DNA from: Rhizaria sp. SCN 62-66
Lineage: Eukaryota
Assembly: GCA_001724265.1 (NCBI GenBank)
Contig: MEDY01000104.1
Location: 124,001-187,809, forward strand
DNA length: 63,809 nt
Direction: 5' to 3'
The stretch's first letter is position 1, and every line of letters starts with the position of its first letter. Below, piece by piece: positions 1-12,600 of the stretch. Under the pieces are notes generated by a model. The model ran no database searches. It was given only the letters and a program-made list of their open reading frames with translations, and was not told the origin of the DNA. Both the position numbers and the translations under genes were made by a program.

Positions 1-879
1 GCCCGAGAGAGCGGCCAGGTGAAGCGGCGTGTAGCCGCCCGTGTCGGCGCGCGTGTGCGCGGCAAGCGCGGCGGCGAGCGCGGGCGGGCTCGACGCCGCG
101 GCCGCGGGCGTGATCGAGGCGCTCACCTCGAACTCAACACTACCACTCGCACTACCGATGTTGCTGATATTAGAGCTAGAGTTGTTGTTGTTGTTGTTGT
201 TGTTGTGGGCAGAGAGAAGGAGGTTGAGGATGGAGGCGTGCGCGGGGCTCTTGTGCGCGTTCGCGGCCGCGACGTGCACCGCAGTGCCGCCGCCGCCGCC
301 ACCCAGCCCCCCAGCGCCAGTGGCCGTCGCCCGCAGCGGCGCCGCGACGCTGATCCCGTCGGTGAGAAGCAGAGTGGCAACGCGGGCGCGGTCCCCGGTC
401 TCGATGGCGCGCGCCAGGCAGTCCAGCGCGGCCGTGGCCTGCGAGGGCGCCGAGGAGAGCGACTGCGAGAGCGCGAGCGAGGGGGAAAAGAAGCGGGGCC
501 CGCCGCGCGCGTTGGGTCCTGCGAAAGACAGCACGGAGCCTCCCGAGGCGCTGGCCAGCGGGTTGCCGCCGTTGCTGCCGGTGGAGGCGGCAAGGCGGAG
601 CACGGGCGGCAGGCCGCGGGCGTAAGGGTGGTCGGGGCGCAGAGACGACTCGGCAGCAGTCGCAGAGCTGGAGCTGGAGCTGGAGCCAGAACTGGAGCTG
701 CTGGAGCTGGCCGTGTTGTTGTTGATCAGGGCGTAGTACGTGCCGATGTCGGACTGCGCGGCGGCGTAGTTGTAGGCGCTGGTAAGGGCAGGCCAGGAGT
801 CGGTGCCGCAGGAAGAAGCATGGGCGGCAGCGGGCGCGTAGGCCGTCGCCACGTCGGCCCACGAGTGGGACTGGTCCAT
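1..879 (-). CDS. Ankyrin-repeat protein, partial (runs off the left edge of the window)
   Basis: Stop-free minus-strand frame from ATG 879 to base 1, absent from the ORF track. It translates MDQSHSWADVA...RARVATLLLTDG...GTAVHVAAANAHKSPAHASILNLLLS...GGYTPLHLAALSG, matching the ankyrin G-x-T-P-L-H-x-A-A consensus. The start codon is uncertain. Confidence 0.8.
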   Translation of the reverse strand, partial: MDQSHSWADVATAYAPAAAHASSCGTDSWPALTSAYNYAAAQSDIGTYYALINNNTASSSSSSSGSSSSSSSATAAESSLRPDHPYARGLPPVLRLAASTGSNGGNPLASASGGSVLSFAGPNARGGPRFFSPSLALSQSLSSAPSQATAALDCLARAIETGDRARVATLLLTDGISVAAPLRATATGAGGLGGGGGGTAVHVAAANAHKSPAHASILNLLLSAHNNNNNNNNSSSNISNIGSASGSVEFEVSASITPAAAASSPPALAAALAAHTRADTGGYTPLHLAALSG

Positions 880-1215
880 CAGCAGGTCACTTGCACAAAC
901 GTTAGCAATACGGCGTGAATATTGGGTCTGGATAGCTATAATTACAAAGAGAAATAAAAAAACGTAGTGTAAGTAAGGTTATATTCGAGATTCCTGTAAT
1001 GACGGTCATTTGCGCTGTTTACTGGTCGTTGAAACCCCAAGCCGTTTCGTCTCTATCGGTTCGCGCTCGCTCGGCCCGGTTGTGTTGTTGCGCAACGGAT
1101 GGTCATTTCGGTCTTGCTTTCGGAGTCACTGCTTTCCGTTAATAACACTTTAGCACAACTTTTCATAAAGTTTGCGTGCTTTTCTAGAGCTTTTTGTTAA
1201 TATTACGCTCACAAG

Positions 1216-2457
1216 ATGCCGCGGCCGTGGGCGTTGGACATCATACCAGTGCTCTCACCCTACGAAGAGACCGATGGCACAAAGTACCTCAGTACGTCAT
1301 CAAAACAGAAACTCTAACGATAAAATCACTCACTTAAGAAAACATCAACTATTGATATCTAGTATATCTGAATAACACTGATCAAGCTTATGAATGTCAC
1401 TCATGGTCCCACTTTCCCGTCCGCTCACTTGACCCTTTTCCTGCTGCTTGCTTCGTTGTCTTTGCGCGCGTGCAGCCGAGGCAGTCGTGGCCGTGGTGCC
1501 CAGTCGCCAGATCAACCCGCTGTTGAAGTGGCTCGCGCAGAACCTCCCGAATGCGCCACCGCACGTGCGCCGCGTCAAGGCCGTCATCTTCGCTCCCCCG
1601 CTCTCGTCCTCTGACAGCAGCACGAACGCTGACCGCAGCAAGACTAGTAAGCGCGTGCATGCGGGTCCCGTGAGCGCCGCCGTGGCCTCCGGCGCGCTCC
1701 CGCGTCCGCTGCCACCCCGCACAGTTGACCGCGACGATATCTTGGCCAAAGCCTCCGCTTTCGCGTGGCCCGCCCCCGCCGCGGCGGCGATTGACGGCGC
1801 TTATGTCGACTGCCGCACCTCTGTGAGCGCCGCGCCTGCCTGCGCTGCCTCCGCAGAGCGTGACGGCTGCGAGGGCGCGGACGGGTACGCCGCGGTGCTT
1901 CAGCAGCGGTCGCGGCCGTCGCCGCCGCACTCCCACCTTACGGCGTCTAGTCTAAGTACCTCGTCTGAGCCCGATCTAAGTAGCAGTGCCGCAACTGCTG
2001 GGTCAGGTGACGTCAGTCTGAGTTTGAGTTCGAGTCCCGCTGCTGGCAATAGCGGCACTTACCCGCACAACGTGCCCCCTTACATGCGGCCCTCTGAAGC
2101 CTCTGCGTTCTGGCACCAGGCACAGCAACAACAGCAGACCAACAGCACTGCAAACTCCAAAGGCGCTAACGCTAAAACTGCTGTGACGGGCGGGGGTGGC
2201 AGCGGCGGCGGCGGTGGCGGCTTGGCTTTCGTGCTGCTGGGACACATGGACATGCTTGTCAGTTCGCTTTTCACTTCATCCGTTACTACTGACAACAGCA
2301 AGAGCGCCGGCAGCAGCGCTGACGGCAGCGACGCAGAGTTGAAGCCTAACAAACTGTACTTTGAGCTGATGGCCGTTCTCAATAACATGAACAGCAACAC
2401 TGATAGCGCGAACCTAAACAAGGCAAAGAAAGTCAATAACAACAACAACAACAGCAA

Positions 2458-2492
<35 letters not shown>

Positions 2493-2509
2493 AGACCGAT
2501 GTCGAAACC

Positions 2510-2544
<35 letters not shown>

Positions 2545-4366
2545 GAATACCGAGTCTACAACCGCCGCCTCAGCCTCAGTCGCCGCAGCAGCGACCGCGG
2601 CAGCGGCTGCGGCCGCGGCTGTGAGCGAGTCCCCGTTCGCGCTGCTGATGCTGCCGGTGCCCGCGCGCAACGCGCTCACGATCACCCAGTATGACTGCGT
2701 GCACGACTTCGTGTTCCCGCTCACGCAGCGCCCCTCGAACGCGCCCGACAGGCCGCTGTTTGCGCAACACAGGCAGCTCATGGCCGTCGCGGCCGTCGCC
2801 AAGATTCTGATGGCGACGAACAAGGCGCTGGGGCGGTGCGGCGCGAATGCCACGACTTGCTCTGGCTTTGGCTCAGGCTCTGGCTCTGGCTCTGCCACTT
2901 GCACTTGTCCCGCTGCTGCCGCTAGCGGCACTGGCGGTGTAGCTATCGTGGTGGACACGGACTGCGACGAGTTCGATAACCACAACAGCTACAACTACCA
3001 CGAGGCCCGCAGCACGAGCAGCAACGGCAACATCAGCAGTGCGACTGAGAGTAGTCCTAGCTCTAGTTCTAGTTCCAGCTCTAGTTCGAGTTCGGGTGGC
3101 TATGTGACGCAACAGTGGCGGTGCCCCAATGCCCCCGCTAATATTAACAAGAACTCTGGCACAAGCACTCTCGCGAACGAGACTGGTGCCGTGGCTGACG
3201 CAGATGCTGCGAGTCAACCGCAGCAGACGCAGTGCTACTGCCAGACCGACGCCGCGCGCGCTCTGTGCCAGGCTAAGTGGCGCATCGTCGCAGTCGCCAC
3301 TGACCAGCGAGGTACTTACGCCAACTCCAAGTGTGACGCGTCTGCGTTTAAGAATGCCGAAGACTTTTTGGACTTGCCGACGTACTTACCCCCTGGTTCT
3401 ATGACTCTTGCACTGCCGCCCTGGGCGCACCCGGTTGACTATAACAACAACAATAACAACAACAACAACAACGCACAGAAGAGCACCCAGAAGAGCTCTA
3501 AATGCTCACAACAGTCGCAGAGCGGCAGCTGCTCACAGTCGCTGGTCGACAGCTACCCCAGCGTATACAAACAACGCTTTGGCCTAACTGCGGCTCCAGC
3601 GACGACAACTGACAACAAGAAGTGCGACGGCTCTACTGACAAGCAGTCAGCTGACAAGCTCTCAACTGACAAGCGTCGCCTTGGTCCCGAGCTGCCGCTG
3701 CCGGCGCCTTTGCGACACCCCGTGATGCTCGCCGTTGATCAAGTCGCTTGGCTGCACCGGGCGCGGGACAAGAGCCAGAGCCAGAGTGAGAGCCTGAGCG
3801 GTGCAGCGCAGTCGAGTGACTGTGAGCAGTATACGAGTGACTATGAGCAGCAGAAAGGTGACTGTGAGCGCTGGTGTCGGCTCGGGGTGCGGCACGCGGG
3901 GGCCGGGGCAGCCAAAGCCGCCGCGGCAGTCTCGGCGCGGCTCGCGCTGGCGCAAAAGGCCATGTTTGCGCTGAAATCAACGTCGCAAAGCAACGACACG
4001 AACGCTCACAAGAGGATGTCTGATGAGAGTGACACTGCCACCGCCTCTGGCACCAGCGCCAGCGCGTCAAGTGCGAGCGCTAACGACGGCCGCGACAGCA
4101 CTGCTGACGTGGCCGAGAGCGACTGCGGCGTCGACACCTCCGGCGAGGGCCGCTACCTCAGCACGGGGCTGGACCTGTACCTGCTCCACGAGCCGTGCCC
4201 GCAGTGCGCGATGGGCGCTCTGCACGCGCGCTTCCGCCGCGTCTTCTACCTACACCCCGCGCCCGGCAAGGGTGGGCTGGGCAGTGTGCTCGCGCTGCAC
4301 GTCAGCCAGTACGTCAATCACAAGTTTGACGTCTACCAGATCCTCTACCGCCCAGAGTACGTCTGA
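1216..4366 (+). CDS. ADAT3: tRNA-specific adenosine-34 deaminase non-catalytic subunit ADAT3/Tad3; exons 1216-1291 and 1476-4366, about 988 aa
   Basis: Motifs HVRRVK, PLRHPVMLAVDQVA (H-x-V in place of catalytic H-x-E), YLSTGLDLYLLHEPCPQCAMGALHARFRRVFY and GGLGS..LH....NHKFDVY. Intron 1292-1475 (GTACGT...TGCAG) joins in phase. Stop TGA. Confidence 0.9.
2434..2543 (+). repeat. Coding microsatellites (AAC)n/(AACAGC)n and (GCT)n inside ADAT3, representative of many such tracts in the window
   Basis: Visible tandem repeats encoding poly-N/NS and poly-A. Confidence 0.9.
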
Positions 4367-5322
4367 ACTGAGGTGTCGTGTCAGTGGACGGTTCTGTGAT
4401 CTGAGAGTGTGCGACTGAGTCGACTGCGAAATGCGTCTAGGCTGTGATGTGATTGACAGCCGACGTGTGATGTAAATTGGACGCTTTCATAGACTGTGGT
4501 ATTGGTCGAGATTATGTATTTATTGAATTGAAGTTTGACAATGAGTGCATATGCGCTCTTTTTAAGTGATTAAATACACTTGCCTCGTTGCCTTGACGGC
4601 AGCAATACCAACTTTGCCCTTCTATATCATACTGTTCAGAGATAAATTTAATATCATACAATTTAATTTGTCATTGTATTATGATATTATTCATTTCCAA
4701 TTGCACAACAGAACGTTTCAGCGAGATATCATTATTGTGACGAGAGCTAGAACCTTTTTTCGGTCCAGTCCGTCTGCGACGGTTTGTTGCGGCCCGCCGC
4801 GCACCGCCATCGAAGCGAGCCGAACAAGCGAGAAGAAGAGGAAACTTGGCGCGATAGTCTACGTTTTGCAGCGAGCCGAGTGGCCGTCGGGACCGAAAGA
4901 AAAGGTTACTTTCGCCACGGCCGTGTTTTCTGCTGCTTGTCGATATGTTTTTGAATTTACGGACGTCTCGTGAGTGTTCTATCATGCTCTTTTATCGGCC
5001 GCTCTCGTCACCGGTCTCCACGTCTCATCTCCGCGTCGTCCGCAGCAAATCACGGCTCAGCGCGCATAGCCCGACAGCAGAGCGAACAAAGGGTTATCAG
5101 TGGCTACAACAGCTATTAATCCACCTTTCTATCGTGGAGGTTTTGCTAATCGACCTAATTTGCCCCACGCTATATCTCCCTGTAACCTCTCAAAACCACG
5201 ACCAACCACCCCACTCACTTTTTCTTCGCGTCCTTTATATTGAATTGTCTTCTTTCTCCGCCGCTTTCCTCGCTTGCCTCTCGTCTTGTGCACTCACTAT
5301 CTCGCGGTCTTCAGCGGTTTCT

Positions 5323-7333
5323 ATGTCGCGCGCAAGCGAGCAGACCCCGCTCCGTGGCAGCGGCAACACCAGCGACCACGACCACGCCGACCACTCCGGC
5401 CACGGCCACAGCCACACGCTCGGGGGCTCGTCCTCCGCCGCCGCGTGCGCCGCGTCAAACTCGTTCACGGCCAAGGTTGAGCGCTACTTCCAGATCCACG
5501 AGCGCGGCTCGACGCTGGGCACCGAGGTGCGCTCCGGCATCGTGACCTTCTGCACGATGGCCTACATCCTCGTGGTCAATGCCGAGATCCTCCACCTCGC
5601 TGGCATGGACTTCCGCAACGTGCTCACGGCCACCGCGCTGACCTCGGCGCTCGCCTGCCTCATCGTCGGCGGCTTCGGCAACCTCCCTTTCGGCCTCGCG
5701 CCCGGCATGGGGCTCAACAGCTACTTCACCTACGGCGTCTGCCTTAAACTCGGTCTCAGCTGGAACATCGCGCTCACGTGCTGCTTCTTCATGGGCATCG
5801 CGTTCCTCGCGCTCTCCGTCACGGGCGCCTGCACCGCGATCCAGACTTACGCGCCCGACTGCATTAAGAAGGGCATCACCGTCGGGCTCGGCATCTTCCA
5901 GGCGCTCATCGGCTTCGAGATGATGCGCCTCATCGTGCCGGGTACCGAGACGCTGCTCGAGACGGGCGACCTCACGCAGCCCGGACTGATCCTCTCCGCC
6001 GTCGGGCTTTTCATCATCTGCCTCTTCCTCGTGCTCCGCCTTGACGCCGCCATGATCGCCGGCATCGCTGCCACCACCATCCTGTCCTGGGTTATGGGCG
6101 TGGTGCCCGCCCCCGAGGCCGTGGTCGAGCTGCCCTCGGTCGCTTCTACCATGTTCGCGCTCGACTTCCCCGGCTTCTTCGCCAACTACTACCACACCAT
6201 CCCGATCTCGCTCATCTTCCTCTTCGTCGCCGTGTTCGACACCGCGGGCGTGCACTTCGCGCTCGGCATGCAGTCCGGGCTGCTCGAGGACGGCCACCTC
6301 GAGGGCAGCACCACGGCCTTCACCGCCGCCTCACTCTCCACCATCGCCGGTTCCCTCCTGGGCTCCTCCCCGATCATCATCCACACCGAGTCCTGTGCAG
6401 GCATCCAGGTGCGTTTTAGGATGATATCTGTCGTATATGCACTTTTATGAGTGTGAATTAACATTATTCAACTTTATTTTCGTGTTTTATATTTGAATGT
6501 CAAATTTAAGACTATACGGTCACATCTTATGTGACTATATCTCACATTGTCTTTGACTCATGCTTTGCTTTATATTTCGCTCCTCGATAGGACGGTGCTC
6601 GCACTGGCCTGAACGCTGTCGTGATCGGCATCTGCTTCATCCTCGCGCTGCCCTTCGCGCCCGTTATTGCGGCCGTGCCCTCGTTCGCCACCGCGGGCCC
6701 CCTCATCGTCGTCGGCATGCTCATGATGGCCGCCGTCAAGTTCATCGACTGGATGCGCGTCGAGGAGGTAAGTTCACCCTTAGCGAAACATGAGATTTGA
6801 GGACAAAGATATATTGATACTGCGATAGTTCTACGATATAACATGTATTTGCTATATATCTGTCTATTTTATTATTTTTAGCGACATTTACTCATATATA
6901 CCTCACTTGTATCTCATTTTGTTATTTAATTCCACCGCTTCAGGCCTTCCCCGCGTTCGCGACCATCACGGTGCTGCCGCTGACTTACTCGATCGCCAAC
7001 GGCATGGGCGCGGGCGTGCTCTCCTACGCGATCCTGAAGCCCGCCGCGCTGTGGGCGGACCGCAAGGCGGCGCAGCAGGCCGCGGTGTCGGGCCACAGCT
7101 CCCCGTCGCATGCGGCCGGGCTGAGCCGCATGTCGCCCTTCGTCACGGGCGCGCCGGCCGAGGACCCGTTCAAGGCGGCGGACCAGTACGCCGCGCACGG
7201 CCATGCGGGCGTCACGATGCGCGGCTCGGGCAGCGGCAAGCTCTCGCCGGCCTACGCCAGCGCGCACTCGCACGCGCACAGCCACAACGGCGGCGCCGTG
7301 ACCGAGCAGAGCACGGGCTACTACTCGCACTAA
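5323..7333 (+). CDS. AzgA/NCS2-like purine (adenine/guanine/hypoxanthine) permease; exons 5323-6408, 6591-6767, 6944-7333, about 550 aa
   Basis: Motifs YFQIHERGSTLGTEVRSGIVTFCTMAYILVVN, NLPFGLAPGMGLNSYF, FDTAG, ESCAGIQ|DGARTGL across the splice, and AFPAF...PLTYSIANG. Many hydrophobic segments, two phase-0 GT-AG introns, stop TAA. Confidence 0.92.
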
Positions 7334-8403
7334 GCGGCTCATAGTTAGGCCGCCACGCGGTCCGACGCGAGTCAAGTTAGGTTAAGCCGCATGTACATCG
7401 TTTGCGATTTGACGACGCCTGACGTGACTGACAAGTGACAAGCAAGCTAGGAAATCAACAAAACACAAAGAAGCAAGCAAGCAAACAGAAAATGTGATCT
7501 CACAAGTGATAAGCTCCGAATAACGGAAGCTTCGATGTATGAGAGAATAATAAGCGAAAAGTAATGCTGACAAGAACATGTTTTTATTGATTTTGTCATC
7601 TAGTTTTGTTTTTGATTTTTGATTTTGGCTTCTTTATTGTTGTTTTTCTTGCTAGGCTTTGATTGAACTTTTCTTCTTAGTTCGTATAAGTATTTGTATC
7701 GCATTATCTATGTTGTTGTGAATTGTATCTGTGTCTATATGGGTCTTTTTTCTCTCCCCTAAATGCGATAAGCAAAGTGAAGCGCAGCTAAGCCGACCTG
7801 CGCTGCATTGGGGGGCTCGGTACTGTTTGCTTAGCGACACAAAAACAAACCAAAACAAAGAAAAAGACAAAGAAAAAGACTTTGTCTTTGTTGTGTTTAT
7901 GTTTGTGTTTGTGCATGAGTGTCAGTGCTTGTTTACATAGTTCCGCTGGTTTTCTGCCTATGATATCTCACTCGCACACACGCGCACACACACAGCATTG
8001 CATCCATAGCTTTGCTGTGCAGCGGTGTTAGTCGTGGTGATATGAGTTTGCACGAAACATGCATTGTCTGGCGACAGCAACAGCGACTAGAATAACGAAT
8101 CATTATAATACATTTAGTTTAGTTTTAGTTAAAAATTATAGTAATTTCATTGCTTTGCACTAGGAAATTGAATCAATTCTTTGTATTCTAGATACGCTAC
8201 GAGTCTTGGAAGTGCTTCGAGACTGATAGCTTCTGTGGAGTGTTGTAACGCGACAGTAGAAAACGTAACTTTCTGACCCTGCATACAACATCACCCATTA
8301 CCCAAACAAGCACTCGAGTTTCACTAATCAGCGACCATCGGTAGCTGTTCGTAGTTTGCTCAGTGGTTACAAAGGAACGCATGGGGCCCACCCCGCCGTC
8401 ACA

Positions 8404-9205
8404 TCACATTCCACCGCCGAAGCGGTCAAAGAAGGTCATGGGCTGCTGGCGCGCCTTCTCTGCGGCCGCCGCGGCGCGCTTGCTCTCCACGGCGGCGCGG
8501 TTTTCTTGCATGGCGCGCAGGTTGCGCTCGCGCGTCCCCTCGGCCACGGCGGCGGCTGGCGCGCCGCGGATCACTGGCACCGACTGGCGCTGCTCCATAG
8601 AGTCGCGGAAACGCGTCGAGGCAAGCCCGGAGTCGCGTGGGTGCAGCGACAGCGGTGGCTCCGAGGACAAGCGCGTCGTCCTATTGCACGTTAACAACAA
8701 GAAAGCAACGCGTGCGACGAGTGATAAGTGGAGGTCAGAACGAAGGGCCATGATATAAAAGTGGAGTTCAAGTGCGATGATGAAAGAAATAAAAGACAGT
8801 TTTGAAATGATCGTATAAATATTTCTTTTGATGATATATCAAGATATAGCAAAACATGAAGCAATGTGTGCGTGGCTTTGTTCTGCTTGAGACAGGAAAC
8901 GTACATGAGGGCAGCCCGCTCGTCGCGGGGGCCGGTGCGGACGACCCTGGTCTCAAACTCACGCTCCTGCCGGCGGGACTGCAGCATGGTGAGGCGGCGT
9001 TGCTCAGCCTCGTACTGACGCTGCGAGGACTCAGCGTTAGTCCGGTTCGTCGGCGCGCGGCGCGGCAGCAGCGTGATGCTGAAGAGCGAGAAACGGCGAT
9101 GAGGTGAGAGAGAAATGCGGAGACAGTGAGATATATGCGCGACGAAGGGCAAGTATTAACGCGGTTAGTGGTAAACGCGTACCTGTTATGCTTGCTGGAC
9201 TCCAT
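8404..9205 (-). CDS. Small hypothetical charged/helical protein; exons 9205-9183, 9078-8905, 8680-8404, about 157 aa
   Basis: The GC-rich blocks are joined by GTACGC...TTCAG and GTACGT...AATAG introns that keep frame (474 nt). Reads MESSKHNSITLLPRRAPTNR...PMTFFDRFGGGM, stop TGA. Confidence 0.7.
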
Positions 9206-9670
9206 ATCAATTCGAAGCAGCGAGTGTGTATCGCGTGAGCAGATGAAACGGAGGGTCGAACTAGGGTTGCTGAGAGGCTGTAGCGCTGTGGTCGAGAGGG
9301 TAAAGGGGAGTGAAGGAGCTTTAGTTAGAGAATACTACATGCCTGTATCCGTCAATTGCAATGTAGTATATATACCAAAGTATTATATTAGCCTTAATTT
9401 ATATTGTCTTATTTATAAGGCTATATGAGTGCATATATACCTCTTTTCGCATCTTGCACGTTCGCCACCACTCCCCGAATCTCGCGACGTCTCGCTCATC
9501 TCACACCAAACACTCTCACCAAGATTTCTACCTTATTTGTATTATCTTCAAACATTTTTCTTGGATTATAGCTGCAAAGTTGATTTGAAATACCTAAAAA
9601 CCCTGTTAATTCCTTAGTAATACCTGAGAAAAGGCGTATATCCTCCTAGTTTTGATCTCCACCGGGCTCC

Positions 9671-12600
9671 ATGGCATCCCGCCCCTCTGCAGCCACTGCA
9701 GCCTCTGCAGGCTCTGCCCCGGCCGGCGCGGCCCCCGCTTCCGCCGCCGAGCCCCTCGCGTCTCTGCCCGCGCCGTCGTACCTGACCACGGAGCGCCCCG
9801 GCGACGTCTGGCGCCGCCCGCAGCCGTGGGAGGTGGCCGACTCCGACTCCGAGACCGAAGAGTTCAACTCCAGCGACCACGGCAGGCGGGGGCTGCACGC
9901 GCGGCCGCACGACCCCGAGCTGGACGGGCCCGCGGCGCCGCGGGGCGCGGACGCGGCGCGCGCGCTTGTCAGCAGGCGCACGCGCGCGCGCTCGCACAAC
10001 AAAGGCGGCGGCAGCAGGAAGCAAAGGCACCAGCAGCCAGGCTCTGGCTCCGGCTCTGGCTCTGACGATGATAATGATAACAACACTGACAGTGAAGACA
10101 GCGACGAAGACGAGGACGAGGACGTTAGCAGCAGCAACAGCGGCAGTGGCAGCAGCAGCGGCAGCAGCCATGAGACAAGTGACCGTCAGCAACGTCGCAT
10201 CAGTGACCGGGAGCAGCTCAAGCAACAGGGCAAGATCAGTGACGATGGTTGCGACCTTGAGCTGGATAACGACACCTCGGTCCCGAACGGCAAGGCCACT
10301 GCCGCTGTCGGCATCTCGCTTGTTCCCACCCACAGCAACAACAATAAGGCGAGCGCGAGCGCTGACAGCAGCCGCCACGGCCGCAAAAAGAGTGCTAACT
10401 ACGACAACGACGACGACGACGATGACGACTACGATGACGACGACGATTTCACTCTTGCGGGCTCTGTGCTCGCAGTCACTCCGCTGCCGCTGCGGCCGTG
10501 TCTGATCCCCTGCCTCGGCGTCTGTTGCTGCTACTCAGCCTCAGACGCCCGTCGCCGCCGCGGCCGCCGCCGCCACGGGCACGGCCGCGCAAGCGGCCGC
10601 AGCCACGACTCCGACTCCGACAGCGACTGCAGTTGCTGCTGCAGCCTCAAGAGCCTGCGCTGGGGCGTCCGCGCGATCGCGGCCGTGACGCAGTCCGTGT
10701 GCTGCGGCGGCATCGACGGCAACTACCGCGGGCGCCGCGGGGGCCAGATCGACTACCACGGCAGCGGCAGCGGCCCCGGCGCGGTCAATACCCACGACGT
10801 CAGCGCGAAGACCGGTGGACTGGGCTCTTGGGGCGGACTCGGCAAGCTGCTTCCTTTCCTCTCATCGTCATCGGGCAGTAATATCCACAACCCGAGCAAT
10901 GGGGGTGGTGACTTTGGCGGCTTCGGCAACACGTACGCCTACGACATCGACGACGGCGTCGGCGCTGGCGCTGGCACTGGCGGCTCTCTAAGCGCCCACC
11001 GGTCCAAGCGCGGCAGCGCGCGCCGCGGGGACGCGTTGTTCGACCCCTTGGCGGGCGCACACTGCGCCCCTGCCCCGCGCGCGCTGGCCGTCTTCCTCAT
11101 CCTCTGCCTGGGCGTGCTGCTGCTGCTGCCCGGCCTCGCGTGGCGTCTGCAGCCGGTCGCCGAGCCCGCGCCGCTCGTTGCGCTCCGCCTCTGCAGCCTC
11201 GGCGCTGTCGCCGCTGCGGGCGCCGGTGCCGCAGGCTCTGGTGTGAATAGCGCGGCGCTGGAGGCGGTGCTGGCGCCCCCCGTGTACGCCAACGCCAAGA
11301 CCAACTCTAAGGGGCTGGCGCACCTACACGCGGCGCTGTCGAACTCGCACAGCGGCAAGTCTTTTGATGCCGACGCCGCTGCCGCTGCTGCTGGTCCTTC
11401 TACCGATGAGGACGAGGACGATGACGCGTTTCTGTGGCCGCCGGCGCACTTTTTCGGACCCAAGGGAGACTTTTTCGGAACCGGGAGCGCGCAGTTCAAC
11501 GTGTTCGTGTCGTCAGCAGCGCCCTGCTCGGCCGGGCCCCCAGCCTCTGACCCCGACTATGACAACAACGGCGATGGCTACGCTTCTAGCCTCGTTGAGA
11601 CAGACTCTAGCGTGTCCAACGAAGCCACTGCCACTGCCAATGCTGCGACAGCTTCCACTGCTTCGAGTACCAGTGTTATCACTGCCGCCACTGCCGCGGC
11701 TGCTGCTACTGCCGCGGCTGCTGCCACCGCCGCTGCAATCGGCTCTCACGTGTATCAGAGCGCTTTGGTGTCCCCACTGCCCCTGTCGGTCGGGCTACAC
11801 TACGCGCCGGCGCTCTACGCGCCTGCCGGCGTCGTCGTCGTGGCGCACCTCCAACTGGTGGAGAAAACTCCCATTGCGCTCTCCACCGCTGCAGGGGGGA
11901 ACAGTGCGAGTGCAAGTGGGGCCTTTGTTGGCGACAGTGGGTACTCGGTGGTTGTGCGAGACATCAGTCTCTACATCGACACGACCGACCCGGGCAACCC
12001 ACTTGCGTATACCTTCGTGCCCCGGCCGCCCCTTACCCGCGATGTAGGTAGCAGCGAGGCGACACTCACCCAGGGCGGTGATGTAAGTACTCCTGTAGTG
12101 CTCAGTGTCAACAGCAAGCGCTATGCGATTGACATGCGTCGCAACGCGTTTGTCGCACCGACTGCTGCTGCGAAGCCCGACGGTGAAAGCCTTAGCAAGG
12201 CCAACAAGACCAACACTGTCGGCGTTGCTGTTTCCAGTGCGACTGCGACCGTGGGTCCTCGTGTGTACTATCCGGATCCCCTCTCTGCGCTGTCTGCCCT
12301 GTCTCAAGGTCAGTCTGCTGCACACAGTAAGTCTGGTCTAGGTACCCTAAACGCGGGTGTAAGTACCCCCGCTGTGAGCAGTTCTGTCAGTGCACTGACA
12401 CTGGCCTCTTGTCTCTCTCCTTTCCTCGGCTGCCACACGCAGCTGCCCACGGTCTACACCCACACCAATCGTGAGGCCGAGACTGAGACTGCGACTGACA
12501 GCACCAACAGTACCGAGAGCGCCGACGCTAATGCCGGTGCTAGGAGCACAAGTACCCAGTCTAAGCAGACCGGTGATGAAGATGGTGTCGACGGCAATAT

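Noticed and set aside
19-918. Plus-strand ORFs here, and the many other long antisense or alternate-frame ORFs in the track
   Set aside because: They are shadows of GC-rich exons, with Arg/Gly/Ala-rich translations and no motifs. The real frame here is the minus-strand ankyrin gene.
4945-5322. N-terminal extension of the permease ORF given in the track
   Set aside because: AT-richer, non-coding-like sequence. ATG 5323 coincides with the start of the GC-rich block.
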